IMG/VR virus record: IMGVR_UViG_3300020159_001918
Span: 8,201 to 72,200 of that record
DNA: 64,000 bases
Source: a virus
Strand: one strand, 5' to 3'
Below the pieces are notes generated by a model. It did no database searches. It was given only the letters and a program-made list of their open reading frames with translations, and was not told where the DNA came from. The position numbers and the translations under genes were made by a program. The number at the start of each line of letters is the position of its first letter. The first letter of the stretch is position 1. Positions 52,126 to 61,981 of the stretch are shown piece by piece.

Positions 52126-53569
52126 TATTGAATCTTCTCCTGTAACTCAACCAATTGAGTATCAGATATTTGCTCTTTCATTTAGAGAAAAGGGAGCAAT
52201 ATCTTACTTTAAAGATAATTTAGATCCACAGATTGTTGGGATTAACGATAATCAACACGGTGTTCATGAATTCTACAATGCTCTTTTGTCATATGTTTCT
52301 AGTACAGATCTAGATATAGTCGATCCAATAGTATTCAAGAATTGGATACAACTAGAAAGCCGTGTCTTTGAGGCGCTCAATGGAGACGAGGGAGTTAATG
52401 CTCTTATGAGTGTCCTCTCTGATATGCAGTTGGCTAGCCCTGAAGCTGTTGTTCAAGTTCTTAAACATAAAGATAATAAAATTAAACAGAAAAATTATTT
52501 AAAAGAGTTAGAGATAATTATAAGCCAAAAAGGTATAAAAACCGAAGAAGATCTTGCGAGAATGTCTGAGATTTCTAATCTCATTAATGACTTAGAGAAC
52601 AGTGCTAGTTATGATCCGCTTGATGGAGTTGTAACAGCTAATCAAATAATAGAAAAGATTGACTCACTATTAGATACTCCAGACTTCTTGCCAACTCAGT
52701 TTAAGTCTTTAAATAGAGCAATGGGCTACACCAATGAGGGAGGCTTCTTTAAGGGAGCGGTACATGCGATCATAGCAGCCTCTGGAAAGGGCAAGAGTAC
52801 GTTTGCTAAATGTCTAGTAAATAACTGGTTAGATTGTGGATATAAAGCTTTATACATAAACTTTGAAGAAGCCAGAAATCACTGGGAACGTATATTAATG
52901 ACCCAGATAACTGGCAAGAACGTTTATTCAGAAGTGGATAAATGGTCTGAAGAAGAAAAAAATAAACACATTAAAACTTTTACAGATAAGTTAACCGAAT
53001 GGGGTGATCGTCTAATGGTTAAGCATGATCCAGACACTCCATATTTTGAGGACTTAGAGAGCTGGCTAAGAGATATCTTAATTCAGGGCGAACACATGCC
53101 GGACGTCATAGTTATCGACACTATCCAATCAATGTTTACTAGATCTAAGGGTAAAGCTAGATGGGGTGAATTCGAAGAAATGATGGTTCGTCTTGAAAAA
53201 ATAGCTAGAGATATGAATTGTGTATTGATAATCACTGCGCAAGAAAACTCAAATAGAATGAAAGAAAAAAGAGAAATAGTCATGCAGTCGGATACTGGTG
53301 GCTCTTTAGCTATACAACAAAAGTGTGCAGTAACTATATTTATTACAGAAAAGAAATTAGTTAGTGGTGATGATTCAGAAGATGAAAACGTAATGCAGTT
53401 GCAGATACCAAAAAATAGAATTACTGGTTCAACATTTTCTTACGAGCCACCACTTGTCAGATATGTGGATTCCAAAAAGTCTTATGTAGAGTATGAAATG
53501 GTTACACCCGCATCCTATGACGCCTCATCAATTCTAGATGATTTATTAAACAATGGAGATTTTACCTAA
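52118..53569 (+). CDS. Replicative helicase, DnaB-like RecA-fold ATPase
   Basis: Walker A AASGKGKST and Walker B DVIVIDTIQSM. ~200-aa N-terminal domain. Positioned next to the primase and polymerase genes. Confidence 0.6.
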   Translation: MSDIESSPVTQPIEYQIFALSFREKGAISYFKDNLDPQIVGINDNQHGVHEFYNALLSYVSSTDLDIVDPIVFKNWIQLESRVFEALNGDEGVNALMSVLSDMQLASPEAVVQVLKHKDNKIKQKNYLKELEIIISQKGIKTEEDLARMSEISNLINDLENSASYDPLDGVVTANQIIEKIDSLLDTPDFLPTQFKSLNRAMGYTNEGGFFKGAVHAIIAASGKGKSTFAKCLVNNWLDCGYKALYINFEEARNHWERILMTQITGKNVYSEVDKWSEEEKNKHIKTFTDKLTEWGDRLMVKHDPDTPYFEDLESWLRDILIQGEHMPDVIVIDTIQSMFTRSKGKARWGEFEEMMVRLEKIARDMNCVLIITAQENSNRMKEKREIVMQSDTGGSLAIQQKCAVTIFITEKKLVSGDDSEDENVMQLQIPKNRITGSTFSYEPPLVRYVDSKKSYVEYEMVTPASYDASSILDDLLNNGDFT

Positions 53570-54360
53570 TGAAATTAATTACACCAGAATCCTTAAAAGA
53601 CTTTCAGACTTGTTCATTATTATATGAATATAGATATAATCAAAAACTACCGGAGTCAATAGGTGGTAGAGATCTATTATCTCTTAGATTTGAAAATACA
53701 CTAAAAGAAATTATATATTACTTCTTTTACAAAAAACAAGGCGGCTACACACCATCATACGCATCACTTTTGAATAGATGGGAAAAACTTTGGTTTGCCG
53801 ATAATGTTTCATCATATGACATTATGACAGAGCAACATGAAAGCGCGTATGGAAATAGTGCTAGCCTTACGACCAAGGCCGCTTCTGCTCTATTGTCTTT
53901 CTATGAAAACTTTTCAGATGAAGAATATATACCGATTGCAATAAATGAAGATTGCATTATGCCAGTTACTCCAAAGGTTAAGATAAAAGATAAATTTGAT
54001 ATTATACTTTATAAAAATAATAAATATTATGTTATTAAGATAATGTTTAACTATAAGAACAGTCATCAGTATATGTATCAAGTAAACTTTGCTACCATGT
54101 ACAACGCGTTTGCGGTAAAGCATGGTGAAAGAATTTCTAAAGCATCTTTTGGCTATATAGATTTATTAACTTCTAAAGTTTGTTTTGTTGATTTCGAGAT
54201 AACAAAAGAAGATCTTGACTCTTTAAGATTTTGGGCTGATGAATTAGAGCAAGCAGAAAAATTTATTCCAAGAAGAGGGTTGACCTGGTATTGTAAAAAA
54301 TGTCCGTTTGATAAACCCTGTTCTAAGTGGTCAAATTGGTCAAAAGATGCAGACGAATAG
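53569..54360 (+). CDS. Cas4/RecB-like PD-(D/E)XK nuclease with a Cys cluster
   Basis: N-terminal Cys (FQTCSLLYEY) and C-terminal CKKCPFDKPC give the AddB/Cas4-type 4-Cys arrangement. Confidence 0.5.
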   Translation: MKLITPESLKDFQTCSLLYEYRYNQKLPESIGGRDLLSLRFENTLKEIIYYFFYKKQGGYTPSYASLLNRWEKLWFADNVSSYDIMTEQHESAYGNSASLTTKAASALLSFYENFSDEEYIPIAINEDCIMPVTPKVKIKDKFDIILYKNNKYYVIKIMFNYKNSHQYMYQVNFATMYNAFAVKHGERISKASFGYIDLLTSKVCFVDFEITKEDLDSLRFWADELEQAEKFIPRRGLTWYCKKCPFDKPCSKWSNWSKDADE

Positions 54361-54517
54361 ATTTGGTGTTATACTTGAGACTAGGGTGTCGAAGAGTTTA
54401 TTTACACTTGCAAAAGAGAATAAACAAACTCCTTATGAATATTTAAAATCTGTAATAGATGAAAAGTATCAAATTTATTTAAAAGAAAAACTAAATTGGG
54501 ATTCAGATTATGAGTAA
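54347..54517 (+). CDS. Small ribbon-helix-helix-like DNA-binding protein (56 aa)
   Basis: ATG 54347 is preferred over the track's TTG 54308. RFGVILETRVSKSLFTLAKENKQTPYEYLKSVIDE fits a strand-helix-helix pattern. Confidence 0.35.
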   Translation: MQTNRFGVILETRVSKSLFTLAKENKQTPYEYLKSVIDEKYQIYLKEKLNWDSDYE

Positions 54518-55166
54518 GAAAAGTATATTAGACGAGTTATTAAATGAAGATGTTTCATTTAAGCCGAATGAAGAAGAGGATAAGTTATTAACTCCTCTTA
54601 TGGAGGAAATTAATCTTATCTCCAGTCAACAAATTAGACTATTTGTTAGATCAGTTTTACTTCAGGCAAAAACATTTTGGAAAATACCATCTAGCTTTTC
54701 AGGTAAATATCATCCAGCTGATGAGCATGGTAGTGGTGGTAATGTTCTTCATACAAAGAGGGTCGTCAAAGTCTCTAAGGTAATATGTGATTCCTATGGA
54801 TTACTTGCACATGAAAAAGACTTAGTGTATGCAGCATGTCTATTGCATGACGTAACCAAGGGTATAGCTCATGACGATAGTAAAGAAGACTTCTTTTATG
54901 ACCCGATGCATCCGTATACAGTTGGAGCTTTTGTTAAGAAATGTCAAGATAATGATAAAAAGTATGGTTCAGAATCTGCATCTTCTACTCTTTTCTTAGA
55001 TGAAGAAACTGTTCAATCAATACTCAGATTAGTAAGGTGTCACCTTGGTCCATGGTCTCCCATCCCAGAGACTGTACCTAGCACCTATATGGATATGATA
55101 GTGCACCTATCAGACAACGTCGCTTCAAAGCTACATACAATTGTTGAAATTAGTGACAATAAATGA
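54510..55166 (+). CDS. HD-domain phosphohydrolase
   Basis: H...HD signature: GKYHPADEH, VLHTKR, CLLHDVTKG. Confidence 0.6.
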   Translation: MSKKSILDELLNEDVSFKPNEEEDKLLTPLMEEINLISSQQIRLFVRSVLLQAKTFWKIPSSFSGKYHPADEHGSGGNVLHTKRVVKVSKVICDSYGLLAHEKDLVYAACLLHDVTKGIAHDDSKEDFFYDPMHPYTVGAFVKKCQDNDKKYGSESASSTLFLDEETVQSILRLVRCHLGPWSPIPETVPSTYMDMIVHLSDNVASKLHTIVEISDNK

Positions 55167-55336
55167 CAGTAGAAAATCCAGACAAAATGCATGTTAGAGC
55201 GTATATAAATGAATCTTTAGAATTCCTTATTAAAGAATCAATATACTACAGATCTAACAATGAAAATATTTTGGAACACAATCGACTAGTAGCTTGGCAT
55301 ATAGAAATGGATAGTGGTAAAATACATATACCATGA
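55163..55336 (+). CDS. Small hypothetical protein (57 aa), absent from the ORF track
   Basis: ATGA overlaps at both ends (55163-55166 and 55333-55336), and it exactly fills the apparent gap between the HD and primase genes. Confidence 0.45.
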   Translation: MTVENPDKMHVRAYINESLEFLIKESIYYRSNNENILEHNRLVAWHIEMDSGKIHIP

Positions 55337-56529
55337 AACTTCCTTTAGATAAAGATAAATTTATTTCTCAATGGAAATATGTTGAAGTAGCTAGATACGT
55401 ACCCAATCTAGATAGAGTGATCAGAGACAAGAATGGTGATGATCCAGTTTTCTACGAAATGGAAAACATAGATCAGTACAGACAAAAGTATAATAATGTT
55501 GGACTATATACATCTGTTTGGCATTTTAATGCCGCTGATATAAACAAGGCTATTAGGTTAGGATCATTATATTTTGACTTAGATAGTGAAGATATGAATT
55601 TGTGTTACGAAGAAGCGCAAAGACTATATGGTTATTTGTCTATGTATATTCCGCAAGAATCACTGTTGGTTTATTTTACTGGAAAAAAGGGTTTTCATAT
55701 AGAGTGTGAAGCAATTAGCTTAGGTATTAATCCATCAAACGAACTGCCAAAAGTTTTTAGGTATATAGCAAATAAGCTAAAAGAAGATTTATCTATTTCT
55801 TCAATGGATTTTAGCGTTTACGACATGAGAAGAATGTGGAGACTGCCTGGATCTTTACATCAGGCAACAAAGCTATTCAAGACTCTCCTGCCAAAAGATA
55901 TATTTTTATCTGGAATAGATAAGATTATTACTTACTCAAGTGAGCCACAATTGCTCGATGTAGTTGAACAGTCTTTTGATTTCAAGGCAAATGAATGGTA
56001 TAGGCAGTTCACCTATCAAATGGAAGAAGACAAGAATAAACCAAAAGATATACTGCAGCATTTTAATAAGTTTGGTTCTTCTAACTTAAAGTCTTTTGAT
56101 CAGAATCAAAAAGTATTTGAAAAAGAAACGCTTTGGATAAAGTGTCCATCAATAAAAAGATTACATGAGCAGGCTGAGAATTCTCATTTTTTAGAACATG
56201 AAGCTAGATTATTTTTATGTTCTATATTAACATATAGTGAAGAATCAATTAACTATCTACATGAGATACTGGGTAATTGTGAAGATTATAATCCAAGCAA
56301 ATCACAAGCTCACATAAATGACTGGGTAAGAAGAAGAGAACTAGGCATAGGTGGAAGACCTTACACTTGCGAAAGAGCTAACGCAGTTGGTGTAGGTTGC
56401 GGTAGTTGCTCTCTTGAGAAAAAGAATAAGTGGGTTAAAGTTGGAGATAGATTTATAGAAACCCAAGAGAAATCTTCTCCATCACCAGTTCGATTTGCTT
56501 ACAAGTCTGCAACCAGAAAGGAGGAGTAA
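55333..56529 (+). CDS. Archaeo-eukaryotic-type primase (prim-pol) with a C-terminal Zn-binding region
   Basis: AEP motifs LYFDLDSED (DxD), TGKKGFHIE (sGxGxH) and DFSVYDMRRMWRLPGSLH. C-terminal CERANAVGVGCGSC. Confidence 0.65.
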   Translation: MKLPLDKDKFISQWKYVEVARYVPNLDRVIRDKNGDDPVFYEMENIDQYRQKYNNVGLYTSVWHFNAADINKAIRLGSLYFDLDSEDMNLCYEEAQRLYGYLSMYIPQESLLVYFTGKKGFHIECEAISLGINPSNELPKVFRYIANKLKEDLSISSMDFSVYDMRRMWRLPGSLHQATKLFKTLLPKDIFLSGIDKIITYSSEPQLLDVVEQSFDFKANEWYRQFTYQMEEDKNKPKDILQHFNKFGSSNLKSFDQNQKVFEKETLWIKCPSIKRLHEQAENSHFLEHEARLFLCSILTYSEESINYLHEILGNCEDYNPSKSQAHINDWVRRRELGIGGRPYTCERANAVGVGCGSCSLEKKNKWVKVGDRFIETQEKSSPSPVRFAYKSATRKEE

Positions 56530-56732
56530 TGCATAATGATAATGATGATGTGATAGGCCTGTGCACTGACTGCGGAACGGAACAAACAGATAGGCATATG
56601 CACAATAGTTCTTTTGCTCAAGCCGGACTGCCAGCAGTATGCAAGTATTGCAAAGGTGTAGTAACAGTCTGCTATAGGCGTGATAGAGATAATGTATTGA
56701 ATCAAATAAACACTAAAAGAGGACTTAAGTGA
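56529..56732 (+). CDS. Small zinc-ribbon protein, 67 aa
   Basis: CTDCG...CKYCKG. Overlaps both neighbours. Confidence 0.45.
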   Translation: MHNDNDDVIGLCTDCGTEQTDRHMHNSSFAQAGLPAVCKYCKGVVTVCYRRDRDNVLNQINTKRGLK

Positions 56733-59700
56733 AAAACTGGACAAATCTTCATAACCATACCGTATTTTCCATGTTAGATGGTCATGGTAACGTCGAGGAG
56801 TATCTATCAAGGGCTAAGTCTTTGGGTATGAGTGGATTGGCTACAACTGATCACGGCAATATACATTCATGGTTAGATTTTTACGATGCTGGAAACTCAA
56901 TAGGAGTTAAACCAATCTTAGGGTCAGAGCTATATCAAGCTAGAAAAACTAGATTTGACAAAGATGAAGAAGAAAGATCAGGCCCATCTAAAAATGAATG
57001 GGAACAAAGAGGCCCGTATCATATAACCGTATTAGCTAAAAATAATATTGGGTATCATAATATAATTGAAATGTCTTCTAAAGCTTTTACGGAAGGTTTT
57101 TACGTAAAGCCTAGAGTAGATCATGACTTAATATCTCAACACTCTGATGGAATAATAATTTTGTCAGGCTGCTTAAACGGAGAGGTATCTCAGGCTCTCT
57201 TAAGGAATGACTACAACACCGCCCTAAAACACGCAGCGTCGATGCAGGAGATTGTTGGAAAAGAAAACTATTTTATAGAAATACAAAATCATGGAATAGA
57301 TGAACAGATTCAGATTATTCCAGATCTAATAAAAATAGCAAATACAATTGGGGCTAAAGTTGTGCCCTCTGGAGACTGTCACTACGTGCATCAAAACGAT
57401 GCTCATGCGCACGACGTAATGCTATGTGTTGCCACCAACTGTAATGTGCATACACCAAATAGGTTTTCTTTTTCTGGTGATCAATTTTATCTTCAGTCTT
57501 ATGAAGAAATGGCTAAAACTTTTTCAGAAGAACACTTAAAAAACACAATGCACATCAACGATATGATTGATGTAAATCTAAAATTTGGTGAAATACATTT
57601 TCCAAACTTCCCTATACCAACTAAAGAATCTTCAACCGATTATTTTGAAAGGCTAGCTTGGGAAGGTCTAAAAAATAGATATGGTAATCCGCTACCTGAT
57701 CACATCATAGAAAGAGCTAACTATGAAATTAGAGTAGTGAAAGAGATGGGGTTTCCTGAGTACTTCTTAGTCGTATCAGACTTAGTTCGTTGGGCTAAAG
57801 AAAATGACATTAGAGTTGGCTGGGGAAGAGGATCTGCTGCTGGAAGTATTCTCTCTTATGCATTCGATATTACAAATCTAGATCCAATTAAATTTGGTCT
57901 TATGTTTGAAAGATTCTTAGTCGAAGGAAGAAAGTCAATGCCAGATATTGACTTAGACTTTGATGATAGACACAGAGATAAGGTTATTGACTACGCTAGA
58001 ACTAAATATGGTAACGATAAAGTGGCACATATTTGTACGTTTAACAGAACTGGCGCTAGGCAGTCTGTTAGAGACGCAGCTAGAGCCCTAGGTCATGACT
58101 TTACAGTCGGAGATAAGGTAGCTAAGCTAATACCTCCTCCGGTATTAGGTGTTTCTAAGTCATTGAAAGAATGCATGCAGGTGCAGGAGTTTGCAAGCCT
58201 CTATAATACTGATGTTTTATCAAAGGAAATAATAGATACAGCTTTTGGATTAGAAAATCTAGTGAGACAGACTGGTATCCACGCAGCTGGTATTGTTATA
58301 TCCAAAGAAGCTTTAACAAGCTATCTTCCCACAATGCAAAAGGGCGTAGATAAGCCTGTTGTAACTCAGTGGGACATGGGTCGAGTAGAGCAATGCGGCC
58401 TATTGAAGATTGACTTTCTGGGTTTAAGAAACTTAGGCGTGATAGATATTTGCATTAAGTTAGTTAAGCAGCATAGACAAATTACATTAGACGTAAATGA
58501 CATACCAATAGATGATAAAAAGACTTATGATCTATTGTGTCAAGGTAAGGCAATGGGCGTCTTCCAGCTTGAGTCCGCTGGCATGCGCGAATTAATGGTT
58601 CAGATGCAGCCGCAAAACATTCAAGATATAATGGCTCTCATCTCACTGTATCGTCCAGGTCCAATGGGTTCTGGTATGGATAAAGAATATATCGATAGAA
58701 AACATGGAAGAAGTCATGTATCTTATGAACACCCTAAACTAGAAAAAGTTCTTGGACCATCGCTAGGTATTATGCTCTATCAGGAAGATGTTCTTGGCGT
58801 AGCCAGAGAGTTAGCTGGGTTTACTTCTGCCGAAGCTGATGACCTTAGAAAAGTTATCGGTAAAAAACTTATGGATAAAATCGCAATGATTAGAACTAAT
58901 TTCGTAAAAGGTTGCATAGAGCATTCTAATCTAGATGAGGATAAGGCAAATAAAATTTATTCAGATATTGAATACTTCGGTGGTTATGGTTTTAACAGAG
59001 CACACGCCGCAAGCTATGCGATGGTTTCATATATTACAGCATACTTAAAGGCTCACTATACAGCAGAATATATGGCTGCACTTATGTCTTCTGTGGTTGG
59101 CAATAAAGAGAAGTTAGCAGCTTACTTATCTGACTGTAGAAAATTAGATATTGAAGTACTGCCACCTTCTTTAAATAAATCTGGTAAAGACTTTAATGTA
59201 CTTAGTGACTCTCAAGTAATCTTTGGTCTATCTGCAATAAATGGAATTGGTGAATCCATAGCTGAAGCAATCATTTTAGGTAGGGATGAAAAAGATCCTT
59301 ATTCTAGTATTTATGATTTCTTTAGAAGATGTGACCCAGCTACTTTAAAGAAATCTACGCTAGAACATTTAGCCTATGCTGGTGCTCTTGACGAGTTATT
59401 TGCAGTTTCTCATGATGGTGATTTAACAAGAAAAAAAGAATTAGAATTATTAGAAAAAGAAAAAGCTGAACTAGGAATATACGTATCGAAGCATCCCATA
59501 GAGGGCATGTGGACAACAATAGCACCTAATGTAACTGGTGAAATAATAGATATTATAGAAATAAGCAACGGTGCAAATGTTAAAGTTGGCGGAATATTAA
59601 CAGCAGTGAAGAGAATGATAACTAAAAAAGGTCAAAAGATGTTTCGTCTTTTAGTAGAAGATTTATCTGGTGAAATAGAAGTAATCATTTTTCCTAGAGA

Positions 59701-60062
59701 ATCAAAAACTATAAGTGATGATTTTTTTAACGAGGGTGATGTAGTCATTATATCGGGAACAATAAATAGAGAAAACGAAGAGGAGTCTGCAATTGTAAAG
59801 ATGTTCTATAATTCCTGTGAAAAGATAGATACATCTAGGGCAATAGGTAGTAAATCAATTATGTTAGAGGTGAAAGACTTACCTAACTTAGAGGTTGTGC
59901 AGGGTATATATGATATAATTGAAAATGTTAATGGACCCTCTTATGTATATTTAACTTATACAGAAAGTAATAAGAGGGTAACTTTTAAGTTTAAAAAATC
60001 TACTTCATTAAAAATAGAAGAAAAACTACAAAAATATATAAACATACGGAGCTAAGAAATGA
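56729..60062 (+). CDS. dnaE: DNA polymerase III alpha subunit (DnaE-type, with PHP domain). The C-terminus probably ends after a +1 shift at CGG 60047.
   Basis: PHP motif HNHTVFSMLDGHG. Also GWGRGSAAGS, MPDIDLDFDD, FNRAHAASYA and a C-terminal OB region. The 0 frame ends at 60055 (..INIRS*). The +1 reading gives ..INIGAKK* ending at TGA 60060-60062, which overlaps the next ATG (ATGA). Confidence 0.9.
60047..60050 (+). other. CGG site 7 (ATA CGG AGC TAA -> ATA [C] GGA GCT AAG AAA TGA). The shift is not required for an open frame.
   Basis: In-frame CGG (56729+3318) two codons before the stop. It is the only in-frame CGG that does not break a gene. The shifted stop forms an ATGA overlap with gene 60059. 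Confidence 0.45.
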
Positions 60063-60427
60063 CACTACCAGGAACATATCAGAATCCATCTACCAAACCA
60101 TGCTGGACATTCTGCTCATCATGTAATAGATGCCAGGATAAGGGCAGATATACTAAATGCAATTCATGTAGCGGCAGGTATGATCCTATGGGCAAGACTG
60201 ATCCACACTCAGAAGATTTTTGCGACTGCAAGAATGGAGTATTAAGATGGAGAACAAAAGAGGGTAAGCTTATTATGACTCGCTTTAAGACAAACCCATT
60301 TAAGGGTCAAGTAAAATATGATAAGAAGTCAGAGGACGAAAGAGATTGGGACTCCTACGTGGCTGATATGCGAGAAAAAATGGATGATCCAAACTGGAAT
60401 CCTATAGGGATATACGAGGAAGACTAA
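60059..60427 (+). CDS. Cys-rich hypothetical protein, 122 aa
   Basis: CWTFCSSCNRC...CNSCSG...CDCKNG. Probably metal-binding. Confidence 0.5.
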   Translation: MTLPGTYQNPSTKPCWTFCSSCNRCQDKGRYTKCNSCSGRYDPMGKTDPHSEDFCDCKNGVLRWRTKEGKLIMTRFKTNPFKGQVKYDKKSEDERDWDSYVADMREKMDDPNWNPIGIYEED

Positions 60428-60428
60428 T

Positions 60429-60656
60429 ATGATTAAACATGAAATAGGAAGAATGCTACTTAATAACATAGCATTAATAGAATACAATACAGATGAACCT
60501 AGCTATTTTATCCAGTCTGGAGTTGCCGGCTTTAACGCAACAGCTCAAGAGTTATCAGACTTACACGGATTATTGAGTTACTATTTTAATATAGACTCAG
60601 TAAACAATACTGTTATTTCCCTTACAGAAGGAGGAGATGATGTCTTGGCCATATAA
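60429..60656 (+). CDS. Hypothetical protein, 75 aa
   Basis: ORF contiguous with its neighbours. Confidence 0.4.
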   Translation: MIKHEIGRMLLNNIALIEYNTDEPSYFIQSGVAGFNATAQELSDLHGLLSYYFNIDSVNNTVISLTEGGDDVLAI

Positions 60657-60828
60657 CGAAGATGATCAAATGGAATTGGGAACAAGTGGTTGGGCAAATC
60701 TTGGCGAGGGTAGGTACAAAAATATCTACACTGGTAATACCCTTGATGAATTAGGTAATGAATACGATACAAATGGAAATTTAATATTCGAGAACAAAGA
60801 TCCTTACGGGGATGGAATTGAAGACTAA
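60637..60828 (+). CDS. Hypothetical protein, 63 aa
   Basis: Strong RBS GGAGGAG directly upstream of ATGATG. Confidence 0.45.
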   Translation: MMSWPYNEDDQMELGTSGWANLGEGRYKNIYTGNTLDELGNEYDTNGNLIFENKDPYGDGIED

Positions 60829-61629
60829 TGAAATTAGCTATTAGGAACTTGGAAGATGTAAGTGATTTTGAAAGATTATCTTTAACTGATTTTTCATATT
60901 CAAGAATGGATACATATAAAATGTGTCCTTCGAAATACTTTTATACATATATACAAAAAGAACCACGTCTTTTTGGTGAAGCAGCAGTGCTGGGAAATAT
61001 TGTACACTCCGTATTAGAAGACAATGTAAGTGCAACAGATATGTTGGATTTTACAAAGCTGCAAGAAGCATACACCAATGAGATAACAACTCAAGATCCA
61101 GATAATAAAATTAAACCTGAGTTAATTAATGCAGGGAAAGAAATATTAGATGAGTTCTTTGATCAGTATGCTGAAACTAAATTCGATGTCCTTCATAAAG
61201 AGTATGGTTTTAAATTTGTTCTAGGTAGCTATTTAATATCTGGCTACATAGACAGAATAGATTCTTGGGGTGAAGACGGTGTTAAGATTATAGATTATAA
61301 AACTGGAAAATGGGAAGTATCACCAAAGGATATACCAACTAATCTGCAATTAGGTATCTACGCAATGGCAGTTGATTACCTGTATCCAGATAAGAACATA
61401 TACGCAGAGCTGTATTATCTCAGATCCCGGAAGGCGTAAAGGTCACCTCTTTACTAAAGACGATATTAATAATATTAAAATTAATTTAATATCAACTCTA
61501 GACTCAATCATAAATGATTCAGCATTCTTGCCTACAAAGAATGAGCGCGTCTGCACGTTCTGCGACTTTGCTAAATCTGGTGCTTGTGGAACTGGTGTAT
61601 TTAGAGCTAGAAAACTAGCAAAAGCTTAG
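60828..61629 (+). CDS. Cas4/RecB-like PD-(D/E)XK exonuclease (~266 aa) requiring a +1 shift at CGG 61428
   Basis: Before the shift: N-terminal Cys (YKMCPSKYFY), GYIDRID...VKIIDYKTGK (D...D/ExK) and QLGIYAMAV (QxxxY). After the shift: the CTFCDFAKSGAC Cys triad. Only the fusion gives the 4-Cys Fe-S ligand set typical of the family. Confidence 0.7.
61428..61431 (+). other. CGG +1 recoding site 8 (TCC CGG AAG -> TCC [C] GGA AGG)
   Basis: In-frame CGG (60828+600). The 0-frame TAA comes 3 codons later. The +1 frame reads GRRKGHLFTKDDINNIK... Confidence 0.75.
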
Positions 61630-61657
61630 TAATTAATTTAATCCTAGAAAGCAAAAA

Positions 61658-61677
61658 GCCAGGGCGAAAGCCCTGGC
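61658..61677. terminator. Bidirectional rho-independent terminator between convergent genes
   Basis: GCCAGGGC-gaaa-GCCCTGGC, flanked by AAAAA on the left. On the minus strand this is a U-tract following the hairpin. Confidence 0.75.
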
Positions 61678-61701
61678 TGATTACTCTTTAGGTATTGATT
61701 A

Positions 61702-61875
61702 TTAGAATGCTGATACTGGATTGAGTGCAGCGTCTTCGATGAGATCAAAATCGCTGAATTCACTGACTACCTTGGTGGCTTCAGTGCGTGAGTATCCGAG
61801 TCTACCGAGGTCTGAAATGATCTCTTCGTTAACCTCGATCAACATACTATCAATTACTGTGTTTAATGTATTCAT
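61702..61875 (-). CDS. Small acidic hypothetical protein (57 aa). The only minus-strand gene in the window.
   Basis: Minus-strand ATG (61875-61873) is preceded by GGAG. It reads MNTLNTVIDSMLIEVNEEIISDLGRLGYSRTEATKVVSEFSDFDLIEDAALNPVSAF and runs into the terminator, whose U-tract is on this strand. It replaces the low-complexity plus-strand track ORF 61721..61942. Confidence 0.5.
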   Translation of the reverse strand: MNTLNTVIDSMLIEVNEEIISDLGRLGYSRTEATKVVSEFSDFDLIEDAALNPVSAF

Positions 61876-61921
61876 GTTTTTGTACTCCGTTTTCTTGTAT
61901 TTGGTAACCCTTACAGGTTTT

Positions 61922-61950
61922 TTGTTTTTTTACTTTTTATAATTTATAAT
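61922..61950 (+). promoter_or_regulatory. Candidate sigma-70-type promoter for the 61982 operon
   Basis: TTGTTT (61922-61927), a 17-nt spacer, then TATAAT (61945-61950). A second TATAAT lies at 61938-61943. It sits in the only sizeable divergent intergenic region. Confidence 0.3.
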
Positions 61951-61981
61951 GGAGTAGATTAGTTTAGATCTAAAGGATACC

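Noticed and set aside
19171-54346. Track start codons 19171, 33189, 51445 and 54308 (and 1416, 4267, 16414, 23402, 37002, 61372, 62229, 62968)
   Set aside because: The first four are upstream non-ATG starts that overlap the preceding gene, with better in-frame ATGs downstream (19195, 33204, 51481, 54347). The others are internal positions of genes continued from an upstream frame via CGG recoding.
61721-61942. Plus-strand ORF of 73 aa (MSAASSMRSKSLNS...FLFFYFL)
   Set aside because: It starts at a non-ATG codon with no RBS, its sequence is low-complexity, and it runs through the promoter-like AT-rich region. The complementary strand has a cleaner 57-aa ORF with an RBS and a matching terminator.
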